From NCBI RefSeq assembly GCF_963921235.1, contig NC_086107.1, forward strand, positions 105,340,001 to 105,404,000: a stretch of 64,000 nucleotides of DNA, given 5' to 3'. A program made the position numbers and the translations under genes. Each line of letters starts with the position of its first letter. Position 1 is the stretch's first letter. Positions 1 through 13,030 of this stretch are shown one piece after another. Source of the stretch: Mobula hypostoma. Taxonomy: Eukaryota. The notes beneath the pieces were generated by a model, which searched no databases, was not told the DNA's origin, and saw nothing but the letters and a program-made list of their open reading frames with translations.

Positions 1-36
<36 letters not shown>

Positions 37-48
37 CAGAGAGAGAGA
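1..48. repeat. (GA)n microsatellite
   Basis: Near-perfect GA dinucleotide run. Confidence 0.95.
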
Positions 49-941
49 AAAAAGTTTTAAAGTTGTAGACAGGGATGAGGAAGGAATGGATAGGACAAAG
101 GGAATACAAAGACATTTCCGTCTCTTCCTCGCCCAGCTTCACTGCAGTCCAGTTGTATTCAAAGTCAAAGTCGATTCATTGTCAGACGCATTAGTACATG
201 TATGCAAAGATGCAATGGAAAACATCATTAAACAAAACATAGACAATTTTTACAAGAAACAACAGAAATAGAACAGAAACAAACAAGCCCATGGTAGTGG
301 AAAGTCTTGTTATACTGAGGTAGTGATTAGGGTTGTGTTGGTTGGCACAAGACTTGGATTATTGAAGGGCAGTAGTTGTTCTTTGTTTACTTTTTGTCTC
401 GTTTTATACATTGGTTCCTCCAGGAGGGTTTGGAGGCTTGTGAGCCTCAGTGACCCGGAGAGCGGTGCTGGCTGGAGTCAGGGCTTTGTGCTTTGGCTCT
501 TGGTAGGGTCACCCCAGCTGTATATTTGTGCCTAAGACTTTTGCACAGTACCGTACATTGTAAGGAAATAAGGAAACATAATAGGATTATGGCAGCACCT
601 AAATAATCTCCACTGGTCCAGCAGCTGTGGATTTTTGTAAACTCGGACATTTACACTATAGAAATGGGATTGCTTTATCGTTTCCACGTGTACTGAGGTA
701 CAGTGAAAAGCTCGACTTGGATACTGTTCAGACATCAGAATCAGAACCGGGTTTAATATCACCAACATACGTCATGAGATTTATCAAATCATAACAAATT
801 ATTGCACCGTGAGACGTAGAACAAAAACAGAATGCAGAATAAAGTGTAACTGCTATAGAGGAAGTGCAGTGCACATTGATAATAAGCTGCAAGATCATAA
901 TGGGGTAGGTTGTGTGGTGAAGAGCCCATCTTCTTGTACAC

Positions 942-1370
942 AGAACATAGAACATAGAACAGTACAGCACAGGAACAGGCCATTCGGCCCACAATGTAGT
1001 GCTGAACCAGCTAAAAAGCAAATCAAAATCACACAAACGCTAATCCCTCCCTACCTACACAATGTCCCTAACACTCCATCTTCCTCACGACTCATGTGCC
1101 AACCTAAACGTCTTTTAAAAGCCTCTAATGTATTTACCTCTTGCACCATACCAGGCATCCACCACTCTCTGAGTAAAAAACTTAACCTCACATTCCCCTT
1201 GAACCTACCCCCCTCATATTCAATACGAGACCTCTGATATTGGACATTTCAACCCTGGGAAACAGATACTCCCTGTCTACTCTGTCTGTGCCTCGCATAA
1301 TCTTGTAAACCTCTATCAGATCTCCCCTCAGCCTCTGACGCTCCAGAGAAAGCAACCCAAGTTTATCCAG
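942..1370 (-). mobile_element. CR1-type LINE 3' fragment
   Basis: Minus-strand remnant LGLLSLERQRLRGDLIEVYKIMRG (CR1 ORF2 C-terminus) plus a (ttctatg)n tail. Confidence 0.85.
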
Positions 1371-1463
1371 TCCCACACCCTTCCCGCGATGCTCCACCCT
1401 TGCCAGTTTTTTGCTCTTACCAGATTTACAAACTCGCTCTCCGCTCCACAATGACAAATACAT

Positions 1464-1498
1464 TACCGTGCCAAAGTCTTAGGCACCCTAACTATATG

Positions 1499-1530
<32 letters not shown>

Positions 1531-1552
1531 TATGCCTAAGACTTTTGCACAG
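1464..1552. mobile_element. Short palindromic Tc1/mariner-type MITE around a (TA)n core; relatives near 530, 50627-50685 and 51071-51128
   Basis: Inverted termini gtgccaaagtcttaggca / tgcctaagacttttgcac. Confidence 0.65.
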
Positions 1553-3783
1553 AACGGTACAAGAAAGGTACGTTGTTTATTTGATGAATGATCATTTGGC
1601 CTGTCTCCTTTCGGTTGCATCGTCAAGCAGATTCCTCATTGATGTGACCATACATTAACATTGATTCCAGTACTTATACCACCCCCACTACCAAACCTCC
1701 TTCCTCTGTCGCTTACCATAAGATATAGGAGCAGGATTAGGCCTTTTGGCCCCGGCATTTTGTCATGGCTGATCCATTTTCCTTCTCAGCCCCAATCTCC
1801 CGTCTCCTCCCCCAATCCCTCATGCTCTGACTAATTGAGAATTGATGACCCTCTGCTTTAAAATACATCCGATGACTTGTTCTCCACAGCCACCTCTAGC
1901 AATGAATTCTACAGATTCACCACTCTCTGGCTAAAGAAATTCCTCTTCATCTTCATTCTAAAAGGACACCCCTCTATTTGGAGCCTGTGTCTTCTGGTCT
2001 TAAACTCCTCATCATTAATTTAATAAGACAGCTGTGACGGTAGTGTGATTGTGTCAAGATTTACATCTGTGTGGAGACCTCAGCCAACACGTAACCCTGA
2101 TTCAGCTCCGGAAGCAACACAATGTGACTTTTTATTCTAGACCATTTTCTTCGCTCTCTTCCAGTATGTGAGTGCACTTTTAGACAGTAGTTCATGAACA
2201 TCACAGTTTCTATTTATCAGGTGGGACTTTGTAGTATAAACCAGCCTCAAAATGAACAGCAAGTAATTACTAATCTCACCTGCACTGTCCCCTCCAAGAC
2301 GTGTGAGTGCGCGGCCACACAGTAACTGAAATGCTCCCATGCACATAGCCTTCGTTGCCATGCTGCTGGTATTTTATTTTATATAATGCTAATGGAAAGT
2401 GCTACGTACTTTTCAGGCCATGTAAAGATTTCCTGCTGGTATCAATGGTTGGTCCGTGCAGCTGTTTAAAAACAAATTAGAGGGAATTTCGCTCATCTGC
2501 CCTTCACCCCCTCAAGTTGATCCACCTTCCCACCCTTGCTCCATCTCCCCCACCTTTTTATCCTGGCCCTCTCCCCTCTTTCTTTCCAATCCTGATGAAG
2601 GGTCTTGATACGAGGTCAACTGTCTGTTTCCCTCCACCGCCTGACGCGCTGAGTTCCTACGTCTGTTGTTTCCAGAAGTTTCCTTGTTTGGATTTCTCTG
2701 TAAGCGAAAGAATTAAATCTTAAATCACTTCCTTTTGAATCAAACCGTAAGTTACACAACAGCCACAGAGGATAAAGGTCAACGTCTTGGAGGCCTGAGT
2801 GGGCAAGTCCTGAAGAAGAGTCTCAACCCAAAATGTTGACTGTTTGTTCGTCTCCATAGATGCTGCCTGGCCTGCTGAGTTCCTCCAGCATTTTCTGTGT
2901 GTTAGTCTGGATCTCCAGCATCTGCAGAGTCTCTTGTGTTTATAACAATAACCTCAACGCCCAATAGAGACGTGAGAAGACTTTACAACTGGAAGATGGG
3001 AGCAGGAGAAGTCCATTTGGCCCCTCAAGCCTTTCCTACTATCCACCATGATCACGGCTGATCTCTGCGCCACGGTCGATTAACCGTTAGCATCACACTA
3101 TTACAACGTCAACGAACCAGGTTCAATTCCCGCCACTGTCTGTAAGGATTTTGCAGAGTCTTCCTGTGACTCTGTGGGTTTCCTCCCGTAGGTCGAAAGA
3201 TGTGTGTTCGTAGGTTAATTGATCTCATTGGGTGGTACGGGCTTGTTGTTACTGTGCTGTATCTCTAAATCAAAAAAAAATCCGCCCTTAAATTCTCTTT
3301 TGTGCCATTTCCCCAGGACACTTGACTCCTCAATCTCTCAGCGATTTATCTAATTCCACATTAAACATATTTAAGGATACAGCCTCCTTCACTCTCAGGG
3401 ACAGAGAATTCCAGGAATTCTAACACACCTCATATTGAAATGAGCAACACTTTATTTTGTAAATATGCCCTCTCGATTGTGATGAGTGGAAACATTTCAC
3501 GCCAACCCTGACAGGCCTCGTTAGGGGATTTATATGTTTGTCCTCATATTCAACAAGTTTAGAGCAGTAAGGTGTGCCGAGGTGTTTGATAGGTGTGTGG
3601 TCACACTAGATTGGAGGCCAGTCAGCGATGGGATATCAGGCAAGGTGACCCGGAGATGAGGGACAAATGCTGTTCAGGACACTGGGGTTAACTTGCTTCC
3701 CCATTTCAGAAAGGCTAGGGGATCTTTTACATCATCAGAGAGTCCTGGGCGCCAGAATACCTCAAATAAAAGGGGGCTGATCT

Positions 3784-4535
3784 CACAGTACAGGATACCC
3801 CCATTACACACCCTCCCACAGTACAGGATTCCCCCATTACACACCCTCCCACAGTACAGGATACCCCCATTACACACCCTCCCACAGTACAGGATTCCCC
3901 CATTACACACCCTCCCACAGTACAGGATTCCCCCATTACACACCCTCCCACAGTACAGGATTCCCCCATTACACACCCTCCCACAGTACAGGATACCCCC
4001 ATTACACACCCTCCCACAGTACGGGATACCCTCATTACACACCCTCCCACAGTACGGGATACCCTCATTACACACCCTCCCACAGTACGGGATACCCTCA
4101 TTACACACCCTCCCACAGTACGGGATTCCCCCATTACACACCCTCCCACAGTACGGGATTCCCCCATTACACACCCTTCCACAGTACGGGATACCCTCAT
4201 TACACACCCTCCCACAGTACGGGATACCCTCATTACACACCCTCCCACAGCACAGGATACCCCCATTACACACCCTCCCACAGTACAGGATTTCCCCATT
4301 ACACACCCTCCCACAGTACAGGGCACCCTCATTTCAAACACTCCCACAGTACAGGACTCCCTCATTACACACCTTCCACAATGTACAGGATTCTCTCATT
4401 ACTCATCCTCCACAGTACAGGATTGCTCCATTACACCCCTCCCACAGTACAGGACACCCTCATTACAAACACTCCCACAGTACAGTACTCCCACATTGCA
4501 CACCCTCCTACAGTAGAAGTCTCCCTCATTACAGA
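3784..4535. repeat. 33-bp minisatellite (~22 units, degenerate at 3' end)
   Basis: Unit CACAGTACAGGATACCCCCATTACACACCCTCC; 11-aa periodic ORFs on both strands. Confidence 0.95.
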
Positions 4536-5208
4536 GGTGGTTTGCCATTGCCTTCTTCTGGGCAGTATCTTTACAAGACATATCCCAGCCATTGTCAATG
4601 CTCTTCAGAGATTGTCATGGTTTCACATGACCCTGATCTGGGGGGTGGGTTGGTTGGGCAAGGCAGGTGCTATAACTTGCCCAAAGAATGCCTTACACCT
4701 CTTTTGGTAGGGACAGCCCCACTCTACTACCCTTTGGCAAAATTAGTAATATCATTGTTGCTAATTTTAATCCTGTACTTTTGAATCTGATAATATTGGG
4801 ACTCCCTTATTAGATGCTTCCGTAATACCTTCAAGCTATGGGTTCAGCTGTTCCTCAGAGCCCAGTAATTACATTAAACACCATTACCTATGTCCTCTCA
4901 CCCTCTGCCGACTTTATCCAGCGAAATCAAAGCACATGAAATCCAGAAGGAAGTGGTTTTGTGTTTGTTCCATTCTTAGTGAAGATGGATTGTTGTCAAT
5001 CATCGACTGGGCTCCTGGGTGAGTCAACCAATGATGAAATCACCATTCATCCGTCGGTACTAGAGGCAAATAAACTCAGTCTTTATTGGGACTCTTGCCT
5101 CGAAAGAAACCTCAACACAAATCGACATTTGGATGTCTACCATGGTAACCAGAATTTGTTCAGAAAGGCATGCTAGTTGCTTATGAAACACTTCATATTT
5201 CATATAAA

Positions 5209-5738
5209 TGTAACCCCCAGGCTCGCCCAGCTTGTGTTCGTCTAGGGGAATCAGCCTTCGGCCCCGCCAAACCGTGTAACCACGTTTGTGTGGATGCTGT
5301 GTAATGTACCCCCAGTTACAAATCCACAACGCAAAATATCAGACAGTACAGCATATGCAACTAAATATTTGAACTTTATGAATCTTAATCTGAATATAGG
5401 GTTAGTAATGAAAATAAACAAAAACAAAAAGGGCCCAAGTCAAGTTAAAATAACGTTGGAGGTCACGTAGTCATTCTTCCACCATCGGTCTCCTCCGAAC
5501 CTTCGGACCCTCAGATCCCAGTCCACTCTGTCCGGTGGTCTTCTAGATCTCTCCACACGTGTCTTCCCTCTTCCTCTCTCCTCGACGAAAGACCGCGAAA
5601 AACCCGGCTCCCAGACTCGCAAGAAAGAACAATGTTTGCTGATTGGCTAACCCCTGCATTCCAAAGTCCCGTTATCTCTAGCCATAACCCAGACATTGCT
5701 GCTACAGAGAAACAATTACCTCAGCAGTGAACGTCACA
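5209..5738 (-). mobile_element. Solo LTR (same family as 9500-10028)
   Basis: TGTAAC...GTCACA termini and clear similarity to the 9500-10028 copy. Confidence 0.7.
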
Positions 5739-5789
5739 AAGAAGCCATTACATATATATATATATGATGAAATATTTCCTTTGTTTTGT

Positions 5790-6727
5790 AAACAGGTGAA
5801 AATCTGCAGATTCTGGAAACCTGAGCAACACACACAAACTGCTGGGGGAGCTTAGCAGGCCAGGCAACATCTGTGGAAAAAATTACAGTCGATGTTTCAG
5901 GCCGAGACCCTTCAGCAGGCCTGGAGGAAAAAAGATGAAGAGTAGAGTTAATAGGTGGGGGTAGGGGAAAGAGAAACACAAGGTGATAGGTGAAACTGGG
6001 AGGGGGAGGGATGAAGTAAAGTGTTGGGAAGTTGAACGATGAAAGAGATACAAAGCTGGAGAAGAGGGAGTCTGATAGGAGACAACAGAAGGCCGTGGAA
6101 GCAAAAAAGGTGGGGAGGAGCACCAGAGAGAGGTGATGGGCAGGCAAGGAGATAAGGTGAGAGTAGGAAAAGTGGATGGGGAATGGTGAAGGAGTTGGGG
6201 GAGGGGGCGGGAGCCATTACCGGAAGTTCGAGAAATTGGTGTTCATGCCATCAGGTTGGAGGCTACCCAGATGGAATACAAAGTGTTGCCCTCCAACCTG
6301 AGTGTAGCCTCATTGCGACAGTAGAGGAGGCCATGGATTGACACATCAGAATGGGAATGGGAAGCGGAATTAAAATGGGTGGCCACTGGCAGATGAAGAT
6401 GGAGCATAGGTGCTCGGCGAAACGGTCTCCCAATCTGCGTCAGGTCTCACCGATATACAGGAGCACTGGACACAGTATATGACCCCAACAGACTCACAGG
6501 TGAAGTGTCACCTCACCTGGAAGGACTGTTTGGGGCCCTGAGTGGTAGTGAGGGAGGAGGTGTAGGAGCAGGTGTAGCACTTGTTCGCTTGCAGGGATAA
6601 ATGCCAGGAGGGAGATTAGCGGGGAGGGTCAATTGGACAAGGGAGTTGTGTAGGGAACAATCCCTGTGGAAAGCAGAGAGTGGGTGGGGGGGTTTGGGAA
6701 AGATGTGCTTGGTGGTGGGATCATGTG
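5790..6727 (-). mobile_element. Penelope-like element 3' part (GIY-YIG endonuclease remnant + pseudo-LTR with hammerhead motif)
   Basis: Minus strand encodes degenerate QVR.HFTCES.GVIYC..LLYIGET; hammerhead-like motif at 5886-5922. Confidence 0.75.
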
Positions 6728-6748
6728 GAATGATTCACTGAGAACATA

Positions 6749-7297
6749 CACTCGGTGGCCACTTTATTAGCTGTACATCTGCTCGTTAGTGCAAATATCT
6801 AACAGCCGATCATGTGGCAGCAACTCGGTACACAAAAGCATGCAGGCATGGTCAAGAAGTTCAGTTATTGTTCAGATCAAACAGCAGAATGGGGAAGAAA
6901 TGTGATTTAAGTAATCTTGACAGTGGTGCCAGGTGGGGTGGTTGGAGTATCTCAGAAACTGCTGATTACTGGGATTTTCACACACCAGAGTCTCTAGAAT
7001 TTACAGAGAATGGTGAGAAAAATAGAAAACATCCAGTGAGCCGCAGTTCTGTGGGCAAAAACACCTTGTTAATCAGAGAGGCCAGAGGAGAACGGCCGGA
7101 CTGGTTCAAGCTGACAGGAAGGTGACAGTAACTCAAATAACCACACGTTACAACAGTGGTGTGCAGAAGAGCATCTCTGAGTGCACAACATGTCCAACCC
7201 TGAAGTGGATGGGCTACAGCAGCAGAAGATCATGAACAGACACTCAGTGGCCACTTTATTAGGTACAGGAGATACCAAATAAAATAGCCACTGAGCA
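6749..7297 (+). mobile_element. Non-autonomous Tc1-like DNA transposon
   Basis: TA-flanked, with TIR cactc(a/g)gtggccactttatt. Carries a transposase N-terminal remnant MGKKCDLS..GAR..G.SISETAD. Confidence 0.85.
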
Positions 7298-7319
7298 TAG
7301 TTAATTTTAATCATTGACG

Positions 7320-7862
7320 GACAATGCTGAGGATGTTCTACGAGCCAGTGGTGGCCAGTGCGGTCATGTTTGCTGTTGTGTGCTGGGGCAGCAGGCTGAG
7401 GGTAGCAGACACCAACAGAATCAACAAACTCATTCGTAAGGCCAGTGATATTGTGGGGATGGAACTGGACTCTCTGACAGTGGTGTCTGAAAAGAGGATG
7501 CTGTCCAAGTTGCATGCCATCTTGGACAATGTCTCCCATCCACTACATAATGTACTGGTTGGGCACAGGAGTACATTCAGCCAGAGACTCATTCCACCGA
7601 GATGCAGCACAGAGCGTCATAGGAAGTCATTCCTGCCTGTGGCCATCAAACTTTACAACTCCTCCCTTGGAGGGTCAGACACCCTGAGCCAATAGGCTGG
7701 TCCTGGACTTATTTCCTGGCATAATTTACATATTATTTATTTATTTATTTATAGTTTTATATTGCTATATCTATACTCTATTCTTGGTTGATGCAACTGT
7801 AACGAAACCCAGTTTCCCTCAGGATCAGTAAAGTATGACTATGACTATGATTATGACTATGA
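7320..7862 (+). mobile_element. Rex/Babar-type LINE 3' end with (TATGAC)n tail
   Basis: ORF2 C-terminus MFYEPVVAS..FAVVCWG..HPLH..RHRKSFLPVAIKLYN, followed by 3' UTR and a microsatellite tail. Confidence 0.8.
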
Positions 7863-8145
7863 ACTCCTTGGTGAGTCTACCAATGTTGAAATTGCCATTC
7901 TTCCAATGATGAGAAAGGCAAATAGATCTCAGTCTTTACTGGAACTCCAGCCTCGAATCAAACCTCAGCACAAATCAACATTTGGACATCTACCATGGTA
8001 ACCAGAATTTGTGGTCAAAGCTGTGCTAATTACAAACTAAACAGATGAAATACTTCCATTATTTTGTAACCATGCAGAATGATTCACTGAGAATATAGAT
8101 ATATTGCATAATTTGTGTTACTTAACTGAAATGGAGTAGTAATAA

Positions 8146-8610
8146 TTTAGATTAGATTAGATTAGATTAGATTCAACTTTATTGTCATTGTGCCGAGTAC
8201 AGATACAAAGCCAATGAAATGCATTTAACATCTGACCAGAAATGCAAAGAATAGTGTTATTTACAAAATAACTACGAATAAAAAGTAAGTGCTACAGCAC
8301 ACAAATATAAAAGTACTGAGACAGTACAATATGGATGCAATACTGATTAGCGCTGTGATGTGAGGTTCAGCAGGGTCACAGCCTCAGGGAAGAAGCTCTT
8401 CCTGTGCCTGCTGGTGTGGGAGCGGAGGCTCCTGTAGTGCCTACTGGATGGGAGGAGAGTAAAAAGTCCATGGTTAGGGTGAGATGCATCCTTGATAATG
8501 CTTTTCGCCCTGCCCAGGCAGCGTTTATGGTAGATGTTCTCAATGGTGGGCAACTGGGTGCCGATAATCCGCTGGGCAGTTTTCACCACACGCTGGAGTG
8601 CTTTGTGGAC
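8146..8610 (-). mobile_element. Rex/Babar-type LINE 3' end with (ATCTA)n tail
   Basis: KALQRVVKTAQRIIG..HPNHGLFTLLPS..SFFPEAVTLLN; (ttaga)n at about 8147-8172. Confidence 0.8.
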
Positions 8611-9499
8611 CGATATAATAATAATAATTAATAACTTGTTCTCATTGCTACCATCAGCGTGGTGTACAGGAACCTGAAGACACACACTCAGTGATTCAGG
8701 GACAACTTCTTCCTCTCTGCCATCCGATTCCTGAATGGACATTGAACCCATGAACACTACCTCACTACTTTTTTATTTCTATTTTTGCACTATTTATTTA
8801 ATTTAACTATTTTATATACTTACTGTAATTCACAGTTTTTTTTCTATTATTATATATTGCGTTGTACTGTTGCTGAAAAGACAACAAGGTTTACGACACA
8901 TGCCGGTGATATTAAACCTGATTCTGATTCCGAGCTTTAGTCATAGAGCGCTTTCATACAGATGATGTAGTTCAAAGTGGTTTACAAAGGGATAAAAGTA
9001 TAAACATGAAAATAAAGGTTGAAATAAATGTAAAATTAAAAGACAAAACAATATTGGTTTTGCAAGGTTAAATAAATAGGTTTTGAGCTGGTATCTATAA
9101 GTGTCAACAGAATCTGCATCCCTTATAGTTTAGGTGTTGAATTCTGTGGTTTAGAAGCGTGGTTCAAAAAAGCCGACTGCCAATTATTTTTTGAGGGAGA
9201 TTGTTCAAATTTGAGAGACCGATGGAAGAAGAGCTCGAGCAGGATTTTAAAACGATTCTGTGATGTGCTCTGGTCCCAGACCTATTGAGAGCTTTAAAAA
9301 TAAGTAAGAGAACTTCTAAAATCAATTCTAGAAGATACCGGAAGCCAATACAGAGCAGGTAGTACTGGAGTGATATGTTCACTCGTTCTGGTTTTGCAGT
9401 GGCATTCTGAATGAGTTGAAGTTTGTAATATATTGCTTCAGAAGGCCAGTATAAAGTCCATTCGATATAAAGGCATGAATTAGTTTTACAGCATCATTA

Positions 9500-10028
9500 T
9501 GTAACTCTCGCTTTGGCTAGCGACTTAATATAGGGGGTGATAGACCCCGGCCCGGCCAAACTTAAGAAATCTCGTCTGGGTGGATGCTGCGCGATGTGTC
9601 CCCTGTTACAAGTCAGTACCACGAAATAACAAACAGTACACAATATGCGATTAAACAATTGACCTTTATAATTCTTAATTTGACTATATGGTTAGTAAAG
9701 AAAACAAAAAAAGAAAAAGGGCCCATACTCACGAAACAATCTAATACGCAAAGTTGGAGCTCCTCCGATCGTCGCTGCCCTTCAGACCCTCGTTCCGAGT
9801 CCACCCGGTCCAGCGGTATACCAACTCTCTCCATTCGCGTCTTTTCTCCTCGTCTCTCCCCGGTGAAAAGACCGTGAAAATCTCTCTTCCAGACTCACAA
9901 GAAAGAACAACATTTCTCTCATCGGATAGCCTCCACATTCCAAAACCCCACTATCTCTAGTCATGACCCAAACATTGCTGCTACAGGGAAACCATTACAT
10001 TAGCAGTGAAACCTTACAGCGTGTTACA
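9500..10028 (-). mobile_element. Solo LTR with 4-bp target site duplication
   Basis: TGTAAC...GTTACA inverted termini, flanked by ATTA at 9496-9499 and 10029-10032. Confidence 0.88.
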
Positions 10029-10103
10029 ATTACATGACGGAAACGAACGCATCTTTGCAATATTTCTTAACTGCAGAAATGCTGCCCTGGTCACTTCCTT
10101 TAC

Positions 10104-10413
10104 GCAATAAATAAATAAAGGCATCCGTTAGTCTTGCGAGACCATGGATCTGCGCCTGGAAAGTCTTCACTCTCCAGGGCGCAGGCCTGGGCAAGGTTGT
10201 ATGGAAGACCGGCAGTTGCCCATGCTGCAAGTCTCCCCTCTCCATGACACCGATGTTGTCCAAGGGAAGGGCAGCTGGGCACCAGTGTCGTCGCAGACCA
10301 ATGTGTGATTAAGTGCCTTGCTCAAGGACACAAAACGTTGCCTCGGCTGGGGCTTGAACTCACGACCTTCAGATCGCTAGTTGAATGCCTTAACCACTTG
10401 GCCATGTGGCCAC
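10104..10413 (-). mobile_element. tRNA-derived SINE (same family as 43797-44110)
   Basis: Minus strand A box TGGCCAAGTGG, B box GAGTTCAAGCC, and a (TTTA)n tail. Confidence 0.85.
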
Positions 10414-11905
10414 AACTTTCTTTATGTGGGATTTAAAATTCAAATCTGAAATTGAGGGTAATGCCCAGGCTTGTTACTTCTAATGTTACAAGGGGAGCCA
10501 AACCCTCAAGCTTATCTCTTTTGGCTTTGGGACCAACCAAAAGTATTTCAGCTTTACCTTCATTTAATTTTTTGGAAATTATTGCCCATCCATTTGTTTA
10601 TTGCAACCATATCAGAAGTCAGAGAGATCGGGTGTATTCATCATCAGGCTCAACCGAGATATACAATTGTGTGTCATCCGCATAATTGTGGAAATGAAGT
10701 TTATGCTCTCTGATGACGCCTTCTAAAGGGAGCTTGTATAAGAAGAGTAGGGGACTAAGACAGCTTCCCTGACAAACACCAAAAAGTACCTTGTATCTCT
10801 TAGAAAACTGGTCTCCAAGACAGACAGTAAATTTTCTCTCTCAGATAGATGAATGAAACTAATTAAGGGCACTGCCAACGATGCCAACCCAATTTTCAAG
10901 GTGATTTAGGAGATTGTTGTGGTCAATTGTGTCGAAGGCAGCACTTAGATCTGGAAGAATTAGAACTGAGACTCTGCTAGCATCAGTGCTGAGCCTAAGG
11001 TTGCTGACAATTTCATCTCCATGCTCTGTTTTGCTCTGAAACCTGACCGAAACCTTTCTGGGATATTTTTTCTCATTCAGAAAATATTGAGTTGGTTGAA
11101 AATTACTCTCTCAAGAATCTTGCCCAGGAAGGGAAGATTTGATATAGGCCTGTAGTTAGCTAGTACCTCACTATCAAGGTTTGGCTTTTTAAGGAGGGGT
11201 TTGAGAGCTGCAGTTTAGAAGGCATTTGGAAACACTCCACTTCAAGGGATCTGTTAATAATTTTCCTAACAGAGTTGAAAGAGTCCTTAAAATATGTGGC
11301 AGGGAGATTGTGCTGAGCTGTGGCTGGTCAGTGTCACACTGTCCTCCAGCAGTCCTGAATCAGCCAGGCCCTGTTGTCAGGCCTGTGGCTTTCAGCTTGT
11401 CTTCTATCCTTCTGGTGCAGCCGCGCAGCATTCTCACAGGAGTTACCTCTTCAACCTCAACCCCTTCCAAAAACCATCGCCATCCCATTTCAATTCAACT
11501 TCCCATTCCATTCGGACAGGTCGGTCCATGGCCTCCTCTACTGTCACGATGAGGCCTCTCACAGTTTGGGGTGGGGTGGGGCACATCTCAGATTTTGCCT
11601 AGGTAGTCTCTGACCTGACAGCGATTTCTCCGCCCTCTTTATCAATCTCACCATTGTGGCTCCCCTCCTACCCCCTCTCCCCTCCTCACCCACCTGTCAC
11701 CCTCCTCTGGTGCATCCCCGCCTTCCCTTTCTCCCACAATCCATTCTCTTCTCCTATCAGATTCCTTCTTCACCCCCTCACCTATCAACGAATCTCAGGG
11801 TTGTATATAGTGACATATATATACTCTGATAATAAATTTGCTCTGAAATTTAATTTACTTTGAACTATTTCACCTCCCAGCTTCTCACTTCATCGCACTC
11901 CCCTG

Positions 11906-12110
11906 CTCACCCACCTTTCCCCTCACCTGACCTCACCTGTCACCTGCCAGTCTATGCCCCTCCACTCCGCCCACTCACCCACCTTCCCCCTCATCTGACC
12001 TCACCTGTCACCTGCCAGTCTATGCCCCTCCACTCCGCCCACTCACCCACCTTCCCCCTCACCTGACCTCACCTGTCACCTGCCAGTCTATGTCCCTCCA
12101 CCTCCGCCCA
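11906..12110. repeat. 68-bp tandem repeat x3 within a Penelope-derived segment
   Basis: ctcacccacc..cctcacctgtcacctgccagtctatg unit starts at 11906, 11974 and 12042. Confidence 0.85.
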
Positions 12111-12440
12111 CTTTCTTATTCCTGTTTCTTTCCCCCTTCCTTTCCAGTCCCAGCTCAAACTGTTGACTGTTTACTCCCCTCTGCAGAAACTGCCTGCCCT
12201 GCGCAGTTCTTCCAGAACTTTGTGTGTTGCTTACCAGCACAAACTTGGATTAAAATTAGCGTTTGAAGCTGAGTGCCAGTGATCGCCAAATCTGCAGGGT
12301 GGTCCTGGAAATTTCAGGAAAGGTGGGTTTGGTCTCCTGTTTCTCGGAGGAAAGGAAAGGCAGAACATTACAGGATATTTAAAGATACAACCAACTCCTG
12401 TGATCATGTTGATGCTCCCTAACGGCAGGTTCTCTGAGGA

Positions 12441-13030
12441 GCTGTCTCTCCCTGGGGTAGAGTTCCTGTTGCCTCTCCCTGGGGTACAGTTCCCACTGTC
12501 TCTCCCTGGGGTACAGTTCTCACTGTCTCTCCCTGGGGTACAGTTTCTGCCGTCTCCCCCTAGGATACAGTTCCTGTTGTCTCTCCCTGGGGTACAGTTC
12601 TCACTGTCTCTGCCTGGGATACAGTTCCTGTTGTCTCTCCCTGGGTTACAGTTCTGTTGTCTCCCCCCGTGATACAGTTCCTGTTGTCTCCCCCTGGGAT
12701 ATTGTTCTGTTGTCTCTCCCTGGGGTACAGTTCCTGTTGTCTGTCCCTAGGGTACAGTTCTCACCATCTCTCCCTAGGGTACAGTTCCTGTTGCCTCTCC
12801 CTGGGGTACAGTTCTCACCGTCTCTCCCTGGGGTACAGTTCCTGTTGCCTCTCCCTGGGTTACTGTTCTGTTGTCTCTCCCCGGGGTCCAGTTCCCACTG
12901 TCTCTCCCTGGGGTACAGTTCCTGTTGTCTCTCTCTGGGATATAGTTCTGTTGTCTCTTTCTGGGGTACAGATCCTGTTGTCTCTCCCTGGGGTACAGTT
13001 CCTGTTGTCTCTCTCTGGGGTACAGTTCAT
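12441..13030. repeat. ~27-bp minisatellite (~22 units)
   Basis: Unit approximately TGTCTCTCCCTGGGGTACAGTTCCTGT; 9-aa periodic ORFs. Confidence 0.95.

Larger units (their letters stand above)
9060..11290 (-). mobile_element. Degenerate L2-clade LINE reverse transcriptase, interrupted by a solo LTR and a SINE
   Basis: Minus strand YRPISNLPFLGKILE (~11150), DLSAAFDTID (~10940) and [10 protein letters not shown] (~10680). Confidence 0.85.

Noticed and set aside
3674..4784. Long ORFs on both strands (210-363 aa) with 11-aa periodicity
   Set aside because: They are by-products of a stop-free 33-bp minisatellite; there are no splice signals or domain content.
8147..8172. Interstitial telomere-like (TTAGA)n
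   Set aside because: It is not TTAGGG; it is the 3' tail of a retroelement, also seen at ~20950 and ~23800.
5209..10028. Full-length LTR retrotransposon bounded by two related LTRs
   Set aside because: The LTRs are diverged, the second has its own TSD, and the interior is unrelated repeats without gag/pol.
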